The notes beneath the pieces were generated by a model. That model was not told where the DNA came from and searched no databases. It saw only the letters and a list, made by a program, of their open reading frames with translations. A stretch of DNA of 64,000 nt. Source: Octopus vulgaris. Lineage: Eukaryota. The stretch is from positions 1,178,001-1,242,000 of the forward strand of contig OX597820.1 of assembly GCA_951406725.2 (NCBI GenBank), written 5' to 3'. The position numbers and the translations under genes are program-made. Each line of letters begins with the position of its first letter. Position 1 is the first letter of the stretch. Of the stretch, positions 28,567 through 41,665 are shown piece by piece.

Positions 28567-28774
28567 ACCTCCACAGTTTCTGTCTGCCAAATTCATTCAC
28601 AAAGCAGTGTTTGGTCCTGGACCAAAGTAGAAGACACTTGCTCAAGGTGCTGCACAGTGGGACTGAACCCAAAATCTTGTGGTTGCAAAGTGAATTTCTT
28701 AACCACACAGCTATCCTTGCACTCTTATTTTTATCTCATTTTATTTATTTATTTTAGTTAATAAAGGCTAAAGA

Positions 28775-29160
28775 GAATAAAATGTGGAAACATGCCAAGA
28801 TGGTGGAATGATGTGAAAGTAGGAAGTGGCAAGTGATGCCATCGCAAGAGGATGCAGAGGGGTTGTAGGCCAATCCTTCAGCAGAACTTACAACATACTT
28901 GGCATCACAGGGGCCAATAGGCTGAAGGTCATCTGGTTGACTGTAGGGGCAACAATGGTTGCCTCAAGATAACTGTGGGTCAGGAGGCAAAAGCCCTGGA
29001 ATGAACAATGCTACCAGGGGTGGTGTCAACTGGACACAAGATGGGGCTTGGTCAACCCCCAGCTGGGTTACCTGGATGATGGCATCTGATGTTGAAGGAA
29101 CCCAAACACCTGATAACCTCAGGAAACATCACTGATGATGCGTCCAGGAGCATCACAGGG
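28775..29160 (+). mobile_element. HERO/NeSL-like (restriction-like endonuclease) non-LTR retrotransposon, 3' end
   Basis: From 28850: GCRGVVGQSFSRTYNILGITGANR...ASR*LWVRRQKPW, then a 3'UTR ending ACATCACTGATGATG, as recalled for HERO elements. Confidence 0.7.
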
Positions 29161-30198
29161 AGATGTGTAGAAAAACTTGATGTACATTTTAAAATAATGT
29201 GTGTACATCCACAATCTTTTCTTGGGTAGGATTCTGACATGATCCCAGTTGGACACGAAACTCTAAGCCTTTGAGTCACTCACATTTCATTTCTAGCAAA
29301 TTAGAGATGATACAATACTCCGTATAATATGCAATTAATTTACTTTTTCCAAATTATAAAACTAATCATGTCTTTTGACATTGCTGGGTTTCATGGAATC
29401 TTTGGAAACTCTTGAACACAACTCAGTGTTGAGTCTCCTTCATGTTTTCTTATGGCTTTTAATATGACTCTGACATATTCAAGCAGAGAAAAGAAGAGAC
29501 ACATTAAAAGGTGAGGCTGAGTTTGTAAATTATGCCAGTAAACAGAGAGGTTTATTTAGAGATAAGCGTACTGGTGGGCTGAAAGAATTTGGTACAAAAT
29601 GGACAAACTATTAAGAACGAGTGATAACGTTTCGGTTAGGGTATAAATGTGGGATTTCATTCTATGCAAGGCTCTTCATGATAACATTCTAACTCTCTAC
29701 TTTCCATTGGTATTAAAGAAATGGAATTTGATAATCTGATGGGAAAAAATAGTTACACAACTTCATATTGGTTTGATGGCCTTTTTACTTATATTTAAAA
29801 TTGTATGTGTGTGTGTGTGTGTGTATGGATCTTGTCTAGTTTACTTTGGCAAAACTGAGGAGAATCTTCATAACCTCGTAATCAAATCTTATTCTAAATC
29901 ATTGAAATTATTGGAAGAACATCAGATTCCATATTGATGAAATCTAAACTATTTTAGCACCCCTTTAAGAATGAAAAATAATGTCAGCTTCTCCAAGTTC
30001 TGAAGTGAAAAGCATGAGACTCTAATGTAAATAGTACTTCAAAATAAATATTCCTTCTCTATAAAAACAGAACCTGTTTAACAAATACATTCAACTAAAT
30101 ATATAAAAAAAACATCTAAGTATTTGGAACTCATGTTAGAATGAAGGCGAATATTGTTGGAATAACGAAAAGAAATTTATATTTTTTAATTTGCTCAC

Positions 30199-30597
30199 CC
30201 TTGTTTCAGTTAGGTTTGAAGACTTATAATTATAATCATCGTTGGCAACCTTTGGGTACATATTATTTAGGATTGCTGCTGAAAGTGGCCCAGGATCTGC
30301 ACTACTTACTCGAATTTCAGCACAAGATTCAAAGGTGTCTTTTACAGGAGAGCAAAAAGGATTATCGGAATTTCCATTGTGGTTTTGAAGTTCCAATGAT
30401 GTGTCAGATTTCTCAGGTCCTTCTTCGAAGTCGCTATCACAATCATCCTCTTCATCGTCATCATCTTTCTCATCATCCCCATCGTCCTCATTATTACAGC
30501 CATATGTGATGTCTCTTTTAATGTTATAATGATATGAAATGGGGTCACAACCGTTTGATGTCTCCTTGGTAACCAGTTGTTTGTAACTTGCATTAAT
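30199..30597 (-). CDS. Coding exon, 133 aa, acidic/disordered (INASYKQLVTKETSNG...NEDDGDDEKDDDDEEDDCDSDFEEGPEK...SSNLTETR)
   Basis: tgcatgttaacag|ATT...ACAAGG|gtgagc; 399 nt open, in frame with ORF 30136..30396; phase 0/0. Confidence 0.8.
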
Positions 30598-30837
30598 CTG
30601 TTAACATGCAATAAATAAACATGCAAGAAATAACAAACAAACAAACAAACAAAAGCAAAACAAAGCATAAATCAATCAACAAAAAACACAACAAACATGG
30701 ATTAACATAAAGATTAATCCATCTCATGCAGGATTAACAAAAGAAAACGATGAAAACGTCTATAAAAGTGAAGAAAGCCGTAAGAGGGATTAGATCCCCT
30801 TTAAGCTAAACCTATCCTTTTATTCTGTTATTCTTTC

Positions 30838-31203
30838 ATCCATTTCAGTCATTTGACTATGGCCATGCTGGAGCACCACCTTTAGTTGATCAAATCTACC
30901 CGAGGACTTATTCCTTGTAAGCCTAGTACTTATTCTATTATTCTCTTTTGCCAAACCGCTAGGTTACAGGGACGTAAACACACCAGCATTGGTTGTCAAG
31001 TGATGTTAAGGTGACAAACACCGACACACAAACATACACATATATATATATATATACGATGGGCTTCTTTCAGTTTCCTGTACACCAAATCCACTCACAA
31101 GGCTATAGTAGAAGACACTTCTCCAAGATGCCATGCAGTGGGACTGAACCCAGAACCATGTGGTTGGTAAGCAAGCCACTTACCACACAGCCACTCCTGC
31201 ACC
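30838..31203 (-). mobile_element. Major octopus-type tRNA SINE
   Basis: Same family as 40185-40566. Confidence 0.85.
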
Positions 31204-31312
31204 TAAGATGGATTAGATTATCTTTAAACTAAACCTAAGACATGACAAGAGCTGCTACCAAATTACCAAGTAAATTAGATGCTAGAAACTTAATATGGAA
31301 AGCATGACAGCT

Positions 31313-31544
31313 TTAACCCTTTCGTGACCAACCTGGCTGAAACTGCCTCTCGTTCTGTAGTACAAATGTCTTGTTTTCATAAAAGTTCTGAATTAAAATC
31401 TTCCACCAAACCTAAGTCACAATTTATGTTCCTAAAACCAGCTTAATGATAACTCAGTTATTTTACTAAATTCTTTGTTATATTTAAAATTAATTGAAAG
31501 AAACACAGAGCATCTCAACAGAAATACGGTAACGAGAGGGTTAA
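31313..31544. mobile_element. piggyBac-like MITE with TTAA target duplication
   Basis: TTAA-CCCTTTCGTGACC...GGTAACGAGAGGG-TTAA (TIR 11/13); partial relative near 63540-63655. Confidence 0.8.
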
Positions 31545-32384
31545 TGAGTCAGGGCCAAAGCTGTGTATAGAAGAGATAAACAATGTTGAACATTGCTTAA
31601 ATCAACCAAAGACAAGGGCAACAACTCAGTACCAAAGAAAAATTTGGGAAATGGGTTGATGCAGCAGAAGGTGGGTGGAGGGAGGAGGAGGCCTAATTGA
31701 GTGAAATTCGAAACAGGCACTGGGGCTGCTAGAAAGAGCAGTCAGATATTTGGCAGACATAGTAACAACTCTGCTTCAAAACTGAAACAAAGTCAAATCG
31801 TAGGTACGCATCTTATTAAAAAATAAATTTACTATCACATGCCCAATAGCTTCAGTTTGTTATTTATGAATATTTTATTAACCACAAGATGGCTGAGCTA
31901 AAATGCAAAGCTGCTCTCAGACATTTGCAGAATTTGGATTTAAGAGCTGTCAAGTACAAAACTACATATTATAAAGTTTTATGATATATTTCATATTTAT
32001 ATCTATCATACACTAGATATATCATAGACTTTATGATACATATAAAAGTCTGGTCCTCTTCAAATTATAAATATTAAATACCAAACATTTACTGCTGCAT
32101 AAAACTTCACCATAAATATATATTAAACACACCAGTGTGTGTATAGAATATAAAAAAAACATTTCATGTTATGTTATTTAATAAGAAAAGATGTTGGGTG
32201 AAATAAAGTAAAAGAATATATTTCCAGAAAACAGGCAGATATTCTACAGTATCATAATTACAATACGCTGCTTTATTTCGTATATTTTTCTACTTAAGAT
32301 ATTTGGTGGGGATTATTATGGTGTACGCTCAACAGCAGATTCTCATCAAGCTTTCCCTTACAGAATTATAGTGTTCTTGCTTAT

Positions 32385-32443
<59 letters not shown>

Positions 32444-32601
32444 TATATATGCATCTATATCTATCCATATATATGTATGTATACATATATATGCATCTAT
32501 ATGTATACATATATATGTATGTATATGTATATACATATATATGTAACCCATGCTAGCATGGAAAACGGATGCTAAACGATGATGATGATACATACATATA
32601 C

Positions 32602-32692
<91 letters not shown>

Positions 32693-32717
32693 CATACATA
32701 TATATATATATATACAT

Positions 32718-32762
<45 letters not shown>

Positions 32763-32987
32763 CAAACATATATATATATATATACACTTGTGTATGTATG
32801 TAGGTACTTCATAATATATGTGACTGCACACACACAGAGTGCTGCATCTTTGATGAGGCTAGAAGGGAAGTAGACAAATAAGGTGCTAACAACTAGTTTT
32901 TATCACTGTCAGGTGGTGCTAGCTCTCTTCTGTATCAGTGTATTAATAAATCCAATCAAGATTGCACAAGCAGAAGGTAAAACATAC

Positions 32988-33073
32988 CTGACATTTAATA
33001 TTTGTTATACTTGTGCAGAAGAACGCTTGAAATGTGGCAAAGATTATTATTATCATCACTATCTCTTTTATTA
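32988..33073 (-). other. Candidate upstream exon (5'UTR or first coding exon) of the 30.6-22.4 kb exon block
   Basis: Strong donor CAG|gtatgt at 32988/32987; possible acceptor gtctcag; ATG at 33056 gives MIIIIFATFQAFFCTSITNIKCQ ending in phase 0. Confidence 0.35.
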
Positions 33074-33271
33074 CTGAGACATATATACATATATATATAT
33101 ATTATTTCTGAATTAACAAGGTTACCAATGGTTTCATGTCAAGAGGAATTTCTTAACAATTATCTAGCCTGCCCCTTCAGCATGTTAGTGCTTGTCTCCC
33201 ACAAATAAAGATTGTCCAATACGGTGTTGAGCAGTCATTTTCATTGTTTGATATTTTAACATGTATATATA

Positions 33272-33320
<49 letters not shown>

Positions 33321-33381
33321 GTGTTTGTTTGATTTTTTTTAATGATAAGTTATAATATAATTTAACATTAAACTGAAGAAT

Positions 33382-33427
<46 letters not shown>

Positions 33428-35699
33428 ATTCTTAGTATTTTTACAAGAGTAGTGACAGTGACTTCGAAGTGTTTTAGCCTACTAGCCTTCATCAAACTGT
33501 CAGGCAGAAACTTTGAAGTCATTGTTGCTATTCTTTATGTAAAAGTATAGTGTGTGTGTGTGTGCACGCATGCATGCGTGTGTGTGTTACGCTATTTCAT
33601 TTCTATGGTTAGACTTTAGTGTTTTGGTCTCGCAACCTCTTCAGTACTTTCATTGAGATAAAGAACATGAGAACAGCTCAAAAGTTTTTACAAGACAATG
33701 TATGTGGGTGGGTGACAAGATCCCTTTTTAATTTAATGTCAGTGATAAAATCTGATTTTCTAATTAAATTAGTGAAATATTCGCATAAGTACAATGGGAA
33801 AATTGGTCTTGGTGCCATTTTCAATGACATCGTGACCAATATGTAACACTGACCTTAATTTGGACACAAAGTCCTTTACACTTTAGCATTTAAACTAGTC
33901 ATACCCAGGCCAAAATTCTACCTGTTTTATGCTTAAACTGGCTAGATCCAGCCTCTCACACTTACCCTACAATGTTATTCTAAATATATACAATCGTGTC
34001 ATTGAAGAAATAAGCTTCACGTTTGACAGAGCAAATCTGAATGATAAAAAGCTCAACTAGAAGCTGCAGCAATGCATGTGATGGATAAGAAATTGCCCAG
34101 TTTGAACCTTTCTTAAGGTCAATGCCATTATCCCATCAAAAAACATATATGGGTCTGAATGTTATTTAACCCCAAGTGAGGTTTGATTGAGCACAATTAT
34201 GATTAAAAACATTCCAAACATGACAATTCCATCTATTTAGCACAATGGATAGCATGATGGAATGTGTCCTAACTTTCTTAAGATGGTAAGAGGTGTAATA
34301 TGGTGGGATTTAGCTACTATTTCTAGAAGCTCAAGCATTTGCATAGAGGCAGCCACATTAGTTAAAACATGGATGCGGCTGTTCATTTTATCCTTTAGTC
34401 TCAGGTAGTCAGCCTTGATAAAGCAGAGCTGTACTCAAAGGCTTTCCAGATGTGACCATTTTGAAAATTTTTCATCCTGGAGATCGACTACAACTCAGAC
34501 AACACTAATTTCTGTTTCTTTTTTTTTTCTTTTTAGACAGCAGGATGTAATTCAAGTATTTGGATAGAAATGTTGTTTGCTATTTCTAGCAAGCCAAATA
34601 ACCATAAAGAGGATATCCATTGACTTGAGATATACAGATGTATAAAAACAAGGTTTTTAGAAAATAAAAAATAACTAAATATTGGAAATGATATCAGTTT
34701 TTGGTTAAAGAATTGGACAGTTTTTGACTAATGCCAAAATAAGGGACATTGTGACAGAAAAACAAAAGGTAGACAGACTAATCAAAGTTATTGAGAAGAT
34801 AATCTACGTTTATGAAAACTTAAAATTTGAGATGAAATATTTAAAATATAATGAAGTAGAAAAAGAAAAATGTCACAAGAGAGATGGAAGGGTGAGACAA
34901 ACCCATAGCTTTTTATTGTAAATGCTTTTGTCTTAACTCTAAGATTTTGAATTTCTTTACCACAAACAAGTGTTCTTCAAATAAATCATACACAAAAAAA
35001 AACATCCAAAAAACAAATGTACAAAGAACTAAATAACATTCAAATGTCATTTTAGACGTCATCAGCAAAGTGGAATTGTAAAAAGACACAAACATGATTT
35101 TGTGGCCTTTTTTTTTTTTTAATACCTCGTTGTCAAAGATGTAGCTTTAAAGAATGATGTTTTGAAGACATACAATTTATTTATTTATGTTGCAAAAATA
35201 AAGCTAAACTAATTAATTTTTTTTTTCTGAAGACCAAGTTGTTGTCTTTATTTTATAAAATAAATTTTAAATCAATTTGAAATATGTTTCTAAATTTTTA
35301 AATTAGAAAACATATTTGTAAAATTAATAGTTTTAATATATTAAATATGCTAAATAAAAAAGAGAAATGATGATATATTACACACACACGCACACACACA
35401 TTTATAGATACACATACATACATATACACTATTTATTTAGCATGTTTGTTCACATATTAAAACATTTATTTAAATATTCAAATGAGCAAAAGTAAAAATA
35501 TATTGATAAATATAAATAGATTCAAATTAATTAAAATCGAAAGTTGACTTAAGTGCAAACTTTTTAATTAACAATTGTATATAAGGAGAATATCACCAAA
35601 ACAATTTACAGTTGTTGGTATTCTTTAAGCTATCTCTTCAAACAAGCCAAAAAAAAAAAGCTTGGATGTCACCATGCAATTAAACAATCCCTTACTTAC

Positions 35700-36321
35700 C
35701 TCAATGCAGTTAAATCCATACAAAAATTGATCCAAGGTACAATTATGCAGTTGAACCAACAAAAGGATATACTTACAGACATGGTTTAAGTGAATTGAGA
35801 AGAAAAAATCAGAAGACAGGTAACCCCTCTTAACTACTTTCTGTTGCAAAAAACACTCCACTGAGCTATCGACAATCGGTACCGGCTCTTAAATAGCTGC
35901 TTGGCTATGGTATGGTCTTAGGTCTCAGAATGTTTCTTTCAAGATTATTATAGATTGGCACCGTACCAAAATGTTGTTCTATATTGAAAAAAAAGTATCA
36001 GTGGCAGGTATTACTGTAAGAGGATCACATGACATGATACCCCATTCGGCATCAGAAAAGGTAGTAACTCCACATGTAATGCACACCGGTTGAGGTAACA
36101 AGCAAATAGTTACAACCAACGAGCAGTAGTAGAGAACCGATAGCAGAGAGAAGTTATCAGTGCTACACAACAACAATTCAGCCAGCCAGGCCAAATGGGA
36201 AACAGAAGAACCATTCTCTGCCCAACATCTTTTTCCTTCTTAATTACCATCGCCACCATCACTTCTTAATTACCATCGCCACCATCACTATATAAGTTTT
36301 CTTCTCTTTTATTTTTATTTC
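35700..36321 (-). other. Candidate non-coding (5'UTR) exon
   Basis: Unique, higher-complexity sequence ending in consensus donor GAG|gtaagt at 35700/35699; possible acceptors near 36322 and 36371; no convincing ORF. Confidence 0.3.
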
Positions 36322-37328
36322 CTGTAAATTGTATTTATATATATATATATTTTTTGGTTTCTTTCAGATGCTGTGTGAGAAACCAAAGCATTAGAGAGAA
36401 ACAAAAATACAGAGGGAGAAAAGAGAGAAAGAAAGTGAGAGAGAAAGAGAGGTGGGGGGGGGGGAAGCTTTGGAGTTGCGAGCTATCTATATCAGACCAG
36501 AAATACCCCAGCTATGTAATATGAGAAACATTCCTACCCTGGTGTTCTTCTAAACATTTATGTCTACCCTTATCACAAACCATCTCCATCATCATCATCA
36601 TCACTACGGCTGTCACCAGAGCATTGTTATCCCTATTACTTCCCCACCACCACCTCTCCTATCAAATAGATTGTACTAGTAATAACAATTAACTAACACA
36701 GTTAACAATGCTTTCATATGGCTTTTAAAAACTACAATATTATATTATTCAAGTGGAATCATAAGTAGAAGCTATAACGTTTCTTAAAAGAAGGTCAATG
36801 ATCCTACCAGAAAGAAATGTTTTTAACCTGTGTTTTATTGTGCACTTTGCATGTACCCATAGCAACAGGCAAGGCTGGGTCAGATGACAGTGAGCCAGTG
36901 ATGGGGTTACAAAGGCTGATGAAAGGACTGACAAACTGACTGATTGATCAAATGATCAAATGATCACTCTTATGGTTTAATTTGTTATTTAATTAACTAA
37001 CAATAAGATGCAAATTATAATCAGTGCAAGTGTTTTTATTGGCAAAATGATCCTCCCAAGATACAACAATATATATATATATTATACCCATTGTACTTCA
37101 GTATCTGCTTTGGTATGGTTTCGGCAGCTAGATGCCCTTCCTAATGCCAACCACTTTATTGAATGTACTAAGTGCTTTGTTCATACCACCAGCATTAGTG
37201 GGGGCTACCATACCATTTGCAAGACTATGAACTCCTCTAAGTATCCATATCGACATGTGGTCAGAATGTTCTAGTAAATCTGTGCATATTTCCAGAACAT
37301 GAGGGTCACCCTAAGCACTACCAATAAG

Positions 37329-37592
37329 CAGGGTCATCTAGGCACATTGAGTAGTTTCCCAAGGGTCTCATGGGTTTAGGGACCTCAATTCTGATCTATG
37401 TATGTTGTGGTTTGTAGTCAATAAGTAAATACTATAAGGCCTGATGTACCGATTTGCCTGAGGGCCTCATAGATCTTAAGGGCCCTCATGGGTCTGGGGG
37501 CCCAGTTCCTATTTATGTATTCCTGTCAGTAAATATAGGGCCCAAGATATTGATTTTCCCAGGGGCTTTATAATACTGCTAAGACAGCCCTA
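37329..37592. mobile_element. Degenerate hAT-like MITE
   Basis: CAGGGTCATCT...AGACAGCCCT termini and internal GGGCCC subrepeats; no clean TSD. Confidence 0.4.
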
Positions 37593-37795
37593 TTAATAGA
37601 CCCCTTCTGCTGTTACTAGAACTGGTAGAACTAAAGAAGTAATTGAATATAGTCTTTGGGAATAAAACCTAAACCAATTCAACAATTATTTCTTTTAATT
37701 TCCCTGTGAAGCTGTCTCAATGTTTAGAACAAAAATTACTATCATTTTTAAAATGAGACAGAAATTTAGAAACTAGGAAATCTAGAACTACGTGA

Positions 37796-37848
37796 TTAAA
37801 GAAAGTAATTAAAGAAAGTAATTAAAGAAAGTAATTAAAGAAAGTAAT
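37796..37848. repeat. 13-bp tandem repeat ATTAAAGAAAGTA x4
   Basis: Direct reading. Confidence 0.9.
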
Positions 37849-38185
37849 ACCTGAATTCTAAAAAATAACACAAAATTTGAAATGAAACAAAAATTAGTTT
37901 GTGCCCTGTGTTCTTTAAATACAATGTCTTCACTGAAATAAATGTAAATATTTTTGATAACCATGGCAGAATTTGAAAATATTTAAAAACCAGGCTGGAT
38001 TGATAGCATTGAAAGTTATTCTATTACAATACAAAGTAAAAATTAAAGAAAGAAAGAGAGAGAGAAAGAAAGTGAGAGTGAGAGTAAAAGAGAGAAACCA
38101 TTCCTGTTCTCACCTCTGCTTCACAATTACACTTACAGAACGTCACTAATTTTGTTCAGCTGTGTGAGAGGAAACTGTGCTACAT

Positions 38186-38254
<69 letters not shown>

Positions 38255-38286
38255 ATATATGTATATATATGTATATGTATATATAT

Positions 38287-38449
38287 CACTTTTAAATTCA
38301 CCTCTACAGATAATCGATAGAAATTAGAGCCAGTGCTGAAAGTTATGACGTTTCATACACTTTCTGTACTCGCTCTAATTTTTATAGAAATTCTGTAGAG
38401 ATCACTTTAAAAAGTGAATGAATTACACTGCTAACACAGGTAGGACAGA

Positions 38450-38493
<44 letters not shown>

Positions 38494-38931
38494 TGTCGGT
38501 AGAACATAAATCCGAAAAAGAAACACACTCTAAGTTATAGAACAGTATATAATATAAATAAAGTTGGTTTAAGGGATTACCCTGGGTTTCCCCTCCATAA
38601 AGCGCTTAGTTGTAAAGCTAACCACTTTATGGACATAAAACCCAGGGTAATCTCTTAAACTAGCCTTATCTAACTTTATATATATGTATATATATATATA
38701 AGTAAGGGCAAAAGAAAAAAATTCTAATGCCAAAATATGCTGAAAATGGACACTACATCAATAACCATGTAATATATCATGGGTCCGATATGGTAATAAT
38801 GGAATCTTTTAGAAATTTCTGTCGGCTTTCTTTGAAATATGTGTTTGTAGTGATATATTACATGGTTATTGACGTAGAATCCATTTTCGGCATATTTTGG
38901 CATTAGAATTTTTTTCTTTTGCCCTTGCTTA
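38287..38931. repeat. Three adjacent, unrelated palindromic elements separated by (TA)n
   Basis: Inverted repeats at about 38287-38416, 38552-38680 and 38699-38931 (last has roughly 80-nt arms). Confidence 0.85.
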
Positions 38932-39043
38932 TAAATTGTTTATAAATTTAACCTTTAAAGGTATTTTTTAATGTGCTGGCCATTGATAGAATTTTTCGAA
39001 AAATTCTATCCTAGATTAGATGTTATATACATAAGTATATATA

Positions 39044-39096
<53 letters not shown>

Positions 39097-40054
39097 CATA
39101 TATATGAGAACTAAGTTGTGTGAAGCTAACAAAATTGGTTATTTGGACCAACAGAATCATTTAAAGACTACGACCTAGATACAGATAGAAAAACAGCTCA
39201 CATCATCTAAAGAACAGAACTATGAAGAAGATGAGACTAGGTTCAATTCCATGAATTCCAACGAAGACTGAATTGTTTTTTTTTTTGTTTTTTTCTTGTT
39301 TCCTCTCTTTTCCATTATTATGCTATGCTTGATTAAAAACAAAAACAAGCAGATGTTACTAGCATCATCATTACTAGTTCCAACCTAATTATATCCTCAA
39401 CAACACAGAGAACATATGCAATGTTTATAGAACTGACACAGAACACATAAAATTAGACCATATTTTTGAGGTGCTGGTGGCATATCTTGAGCTAGATGCA
39501 TGCAGGTATACTTTATTTATGCAAGCTGGCAATGCACCAGGCAGAATTATAGAAGAACAGAAGATGCCCCCCCCTAATGCATCATGAAAGTATGTTCACA
39601 CTTGTATGAAATCTCAGGTTTCAGTCAACTGGCAGCCAAAGATGTCAGTTGTTTCAACAATATCAGAGGCTTGAAGCCGGAGGCAACAACAAGAACTAAA
39701 CATACATACGCTATATAACTAGGCTTCTATCTTTTATTTGTTTCAGTCATTGGACTGTGGCCATGCTTCAGCATTGCCTTGGAGGGTTTCAAACAAACAG
39801 ATGAACCCCAATACAAATATTTTTTGAAGTCTAGGATTTATTCCACAGATTTTTTGCTGAACTGCAAGTGAAAGATTGGCAGGGGTAATGATCAAAACAC
39901 ACAGACATATATCTGATGATGGCTTAGCAGGTGAAAACTTCGAAGTTACTGTCAATAATATTCTTGTTAAAGAATAATAAATTTGTGCTCCATCAAATGT
40001 ACATCAGTTTGATGTAAAATTGTTTTCATTATAACATAAAAGCAAACATTAATA

Positions 40055-40181
<127 letters not shown>

Positions 40182-40184
40182 TTT

Positions 40185-40362
40185 TTTTTTACTTGTTTTT
40201 TTTAACTCGCCTTTAGTCGAGCAGATCGACCCCGGGACTTATTCTTTTGTAAGCCCAGTACTTATTCTATCGGTCTCTTTTTGCCGAACCGCTAAGTGAC
40301 GGGGACGTAAACACACCAGCATCGGTTGTCAAGCAATGCTAGGGGAACAAACACACACACAT

Positions 40363-40407
<45 letters not shown>

Positions 40408-40566
40408 TACGACAGGCTTCTTTCAGTTTCCATCTACCAAATCCACTCACAAGGCATTGGTCGGCCCGGGGCTATAGCAGACGACACTTGCCCAAGATGC
40501 CACGCAGTGGGACTGAACCCGGAACCATGTGGTTGGTTAGCAAGCTACTTACCACACAGCCACTCA
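40185..40566 (-). mobile_element. Major octopus-type tRNA SINE with internal TA/CA microsatellite, near full length
   Basis: Minus: GAGTGGCTGTGTGGTAAGTAGC..GGGTTCAGTCCC..TTGGGCAAGTGTC..GAAACTGAAAGAAG-(TA)n-..GATAGAATAAGTAC..; many CpGs retained. Confidence 0.9.
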
Positions 40567-40604
40567 TATATATATATATATATATATATACATACATACA
40601 TACA

Positions 40605-40650
<46 letters not shown>

Positions 40651-41431
40651 AAAAACACCCACTACACTCGCGGAGTGGTTGGCGTTAGGAAGGGCATCCA
40701 GCTGTAGAAACACTGCCAGACTAGACTGGAGCCTGGGGCAGTCCCGAGCTCCCCAGACCCCGGTCGAAACCGTCCAACCCGTGCTAGCGCGGAAAACGGA
40801 CGTTAAACGATGATGATGATGATGATGATGATGATTGTTACTATTATGTTAAACTGTCTTATGTCAAATGTCGCCAAATGCATTTTCTTAAATATTTATT
40901 TTTCCTTGCCATACCCAGTTCTTTTGGTCAAACTATCGTATCTCCAGTTGCTTCAGATGCCAAAATATCAAGATTTTGTCAAAGTGTAGTACAACAGTTT
41001 TGCTATAGAATGGTGAAACTATTTTGTTCCTTTTCTGAAAAGACAACATTTTGAACTTACGACACTTTTGCATAATAGCAACAATATATATGATGGCTTT
41101 GCTGTGAAGAACTAATAAGACCAAAACATGTCCATTATTTTCAATAGTTAGTTTTAAAGACAAGACTCAGTCCAACATTGGTATGGATCCTGGGTTTAAA
41201 ACTAACTGGCAAAACTAATGGATATATCTATCTTTATTTTCTGAAAATGTCAATTGGCTGTTACTATTAGAATTATCTCCCTTAGTTGCTTCTTTTATAT
41301 ATATATATATTTTAAACACTATGTTGATTTTCTGAATGAAACTCACAGTTAAAGTTTCTCAACACATGTGTTGAATATGTAAGACCCTAACATGAATATG
41401 AGACGTGTCTCTCCCAACAGCTATAGGCAAC

Positions 41432-41665
41432 AATGGTAGTGGTTGTGGTGGTGGTGATGATGTTGGAGACGATGGTGGGGATGATGATGGTAGTGGGGAT
41501 GATGATGGTGGTGGTGGTGATGATGATTATGATGATGGTGGTGGTGGTGGTGGTGGCGGTGGTGGTGATGATGATGATGATGATGATAATGATGGTGATG
41601 GTGGTGGTGGTAATGGGGGGGGGATGCAGCAGAACCATGGCTGGTTCTGCTGCATCCACCACCAC
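41432..41665. repeat. Compound (GGT/GAT)n microsatellite ending in a perfect 16-bp hairpin
   Basis: Direct reading; ggatgcagcagaacca-tggc-tggttctgctgcatcc at 41622-41657. Confidence 0.9.
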
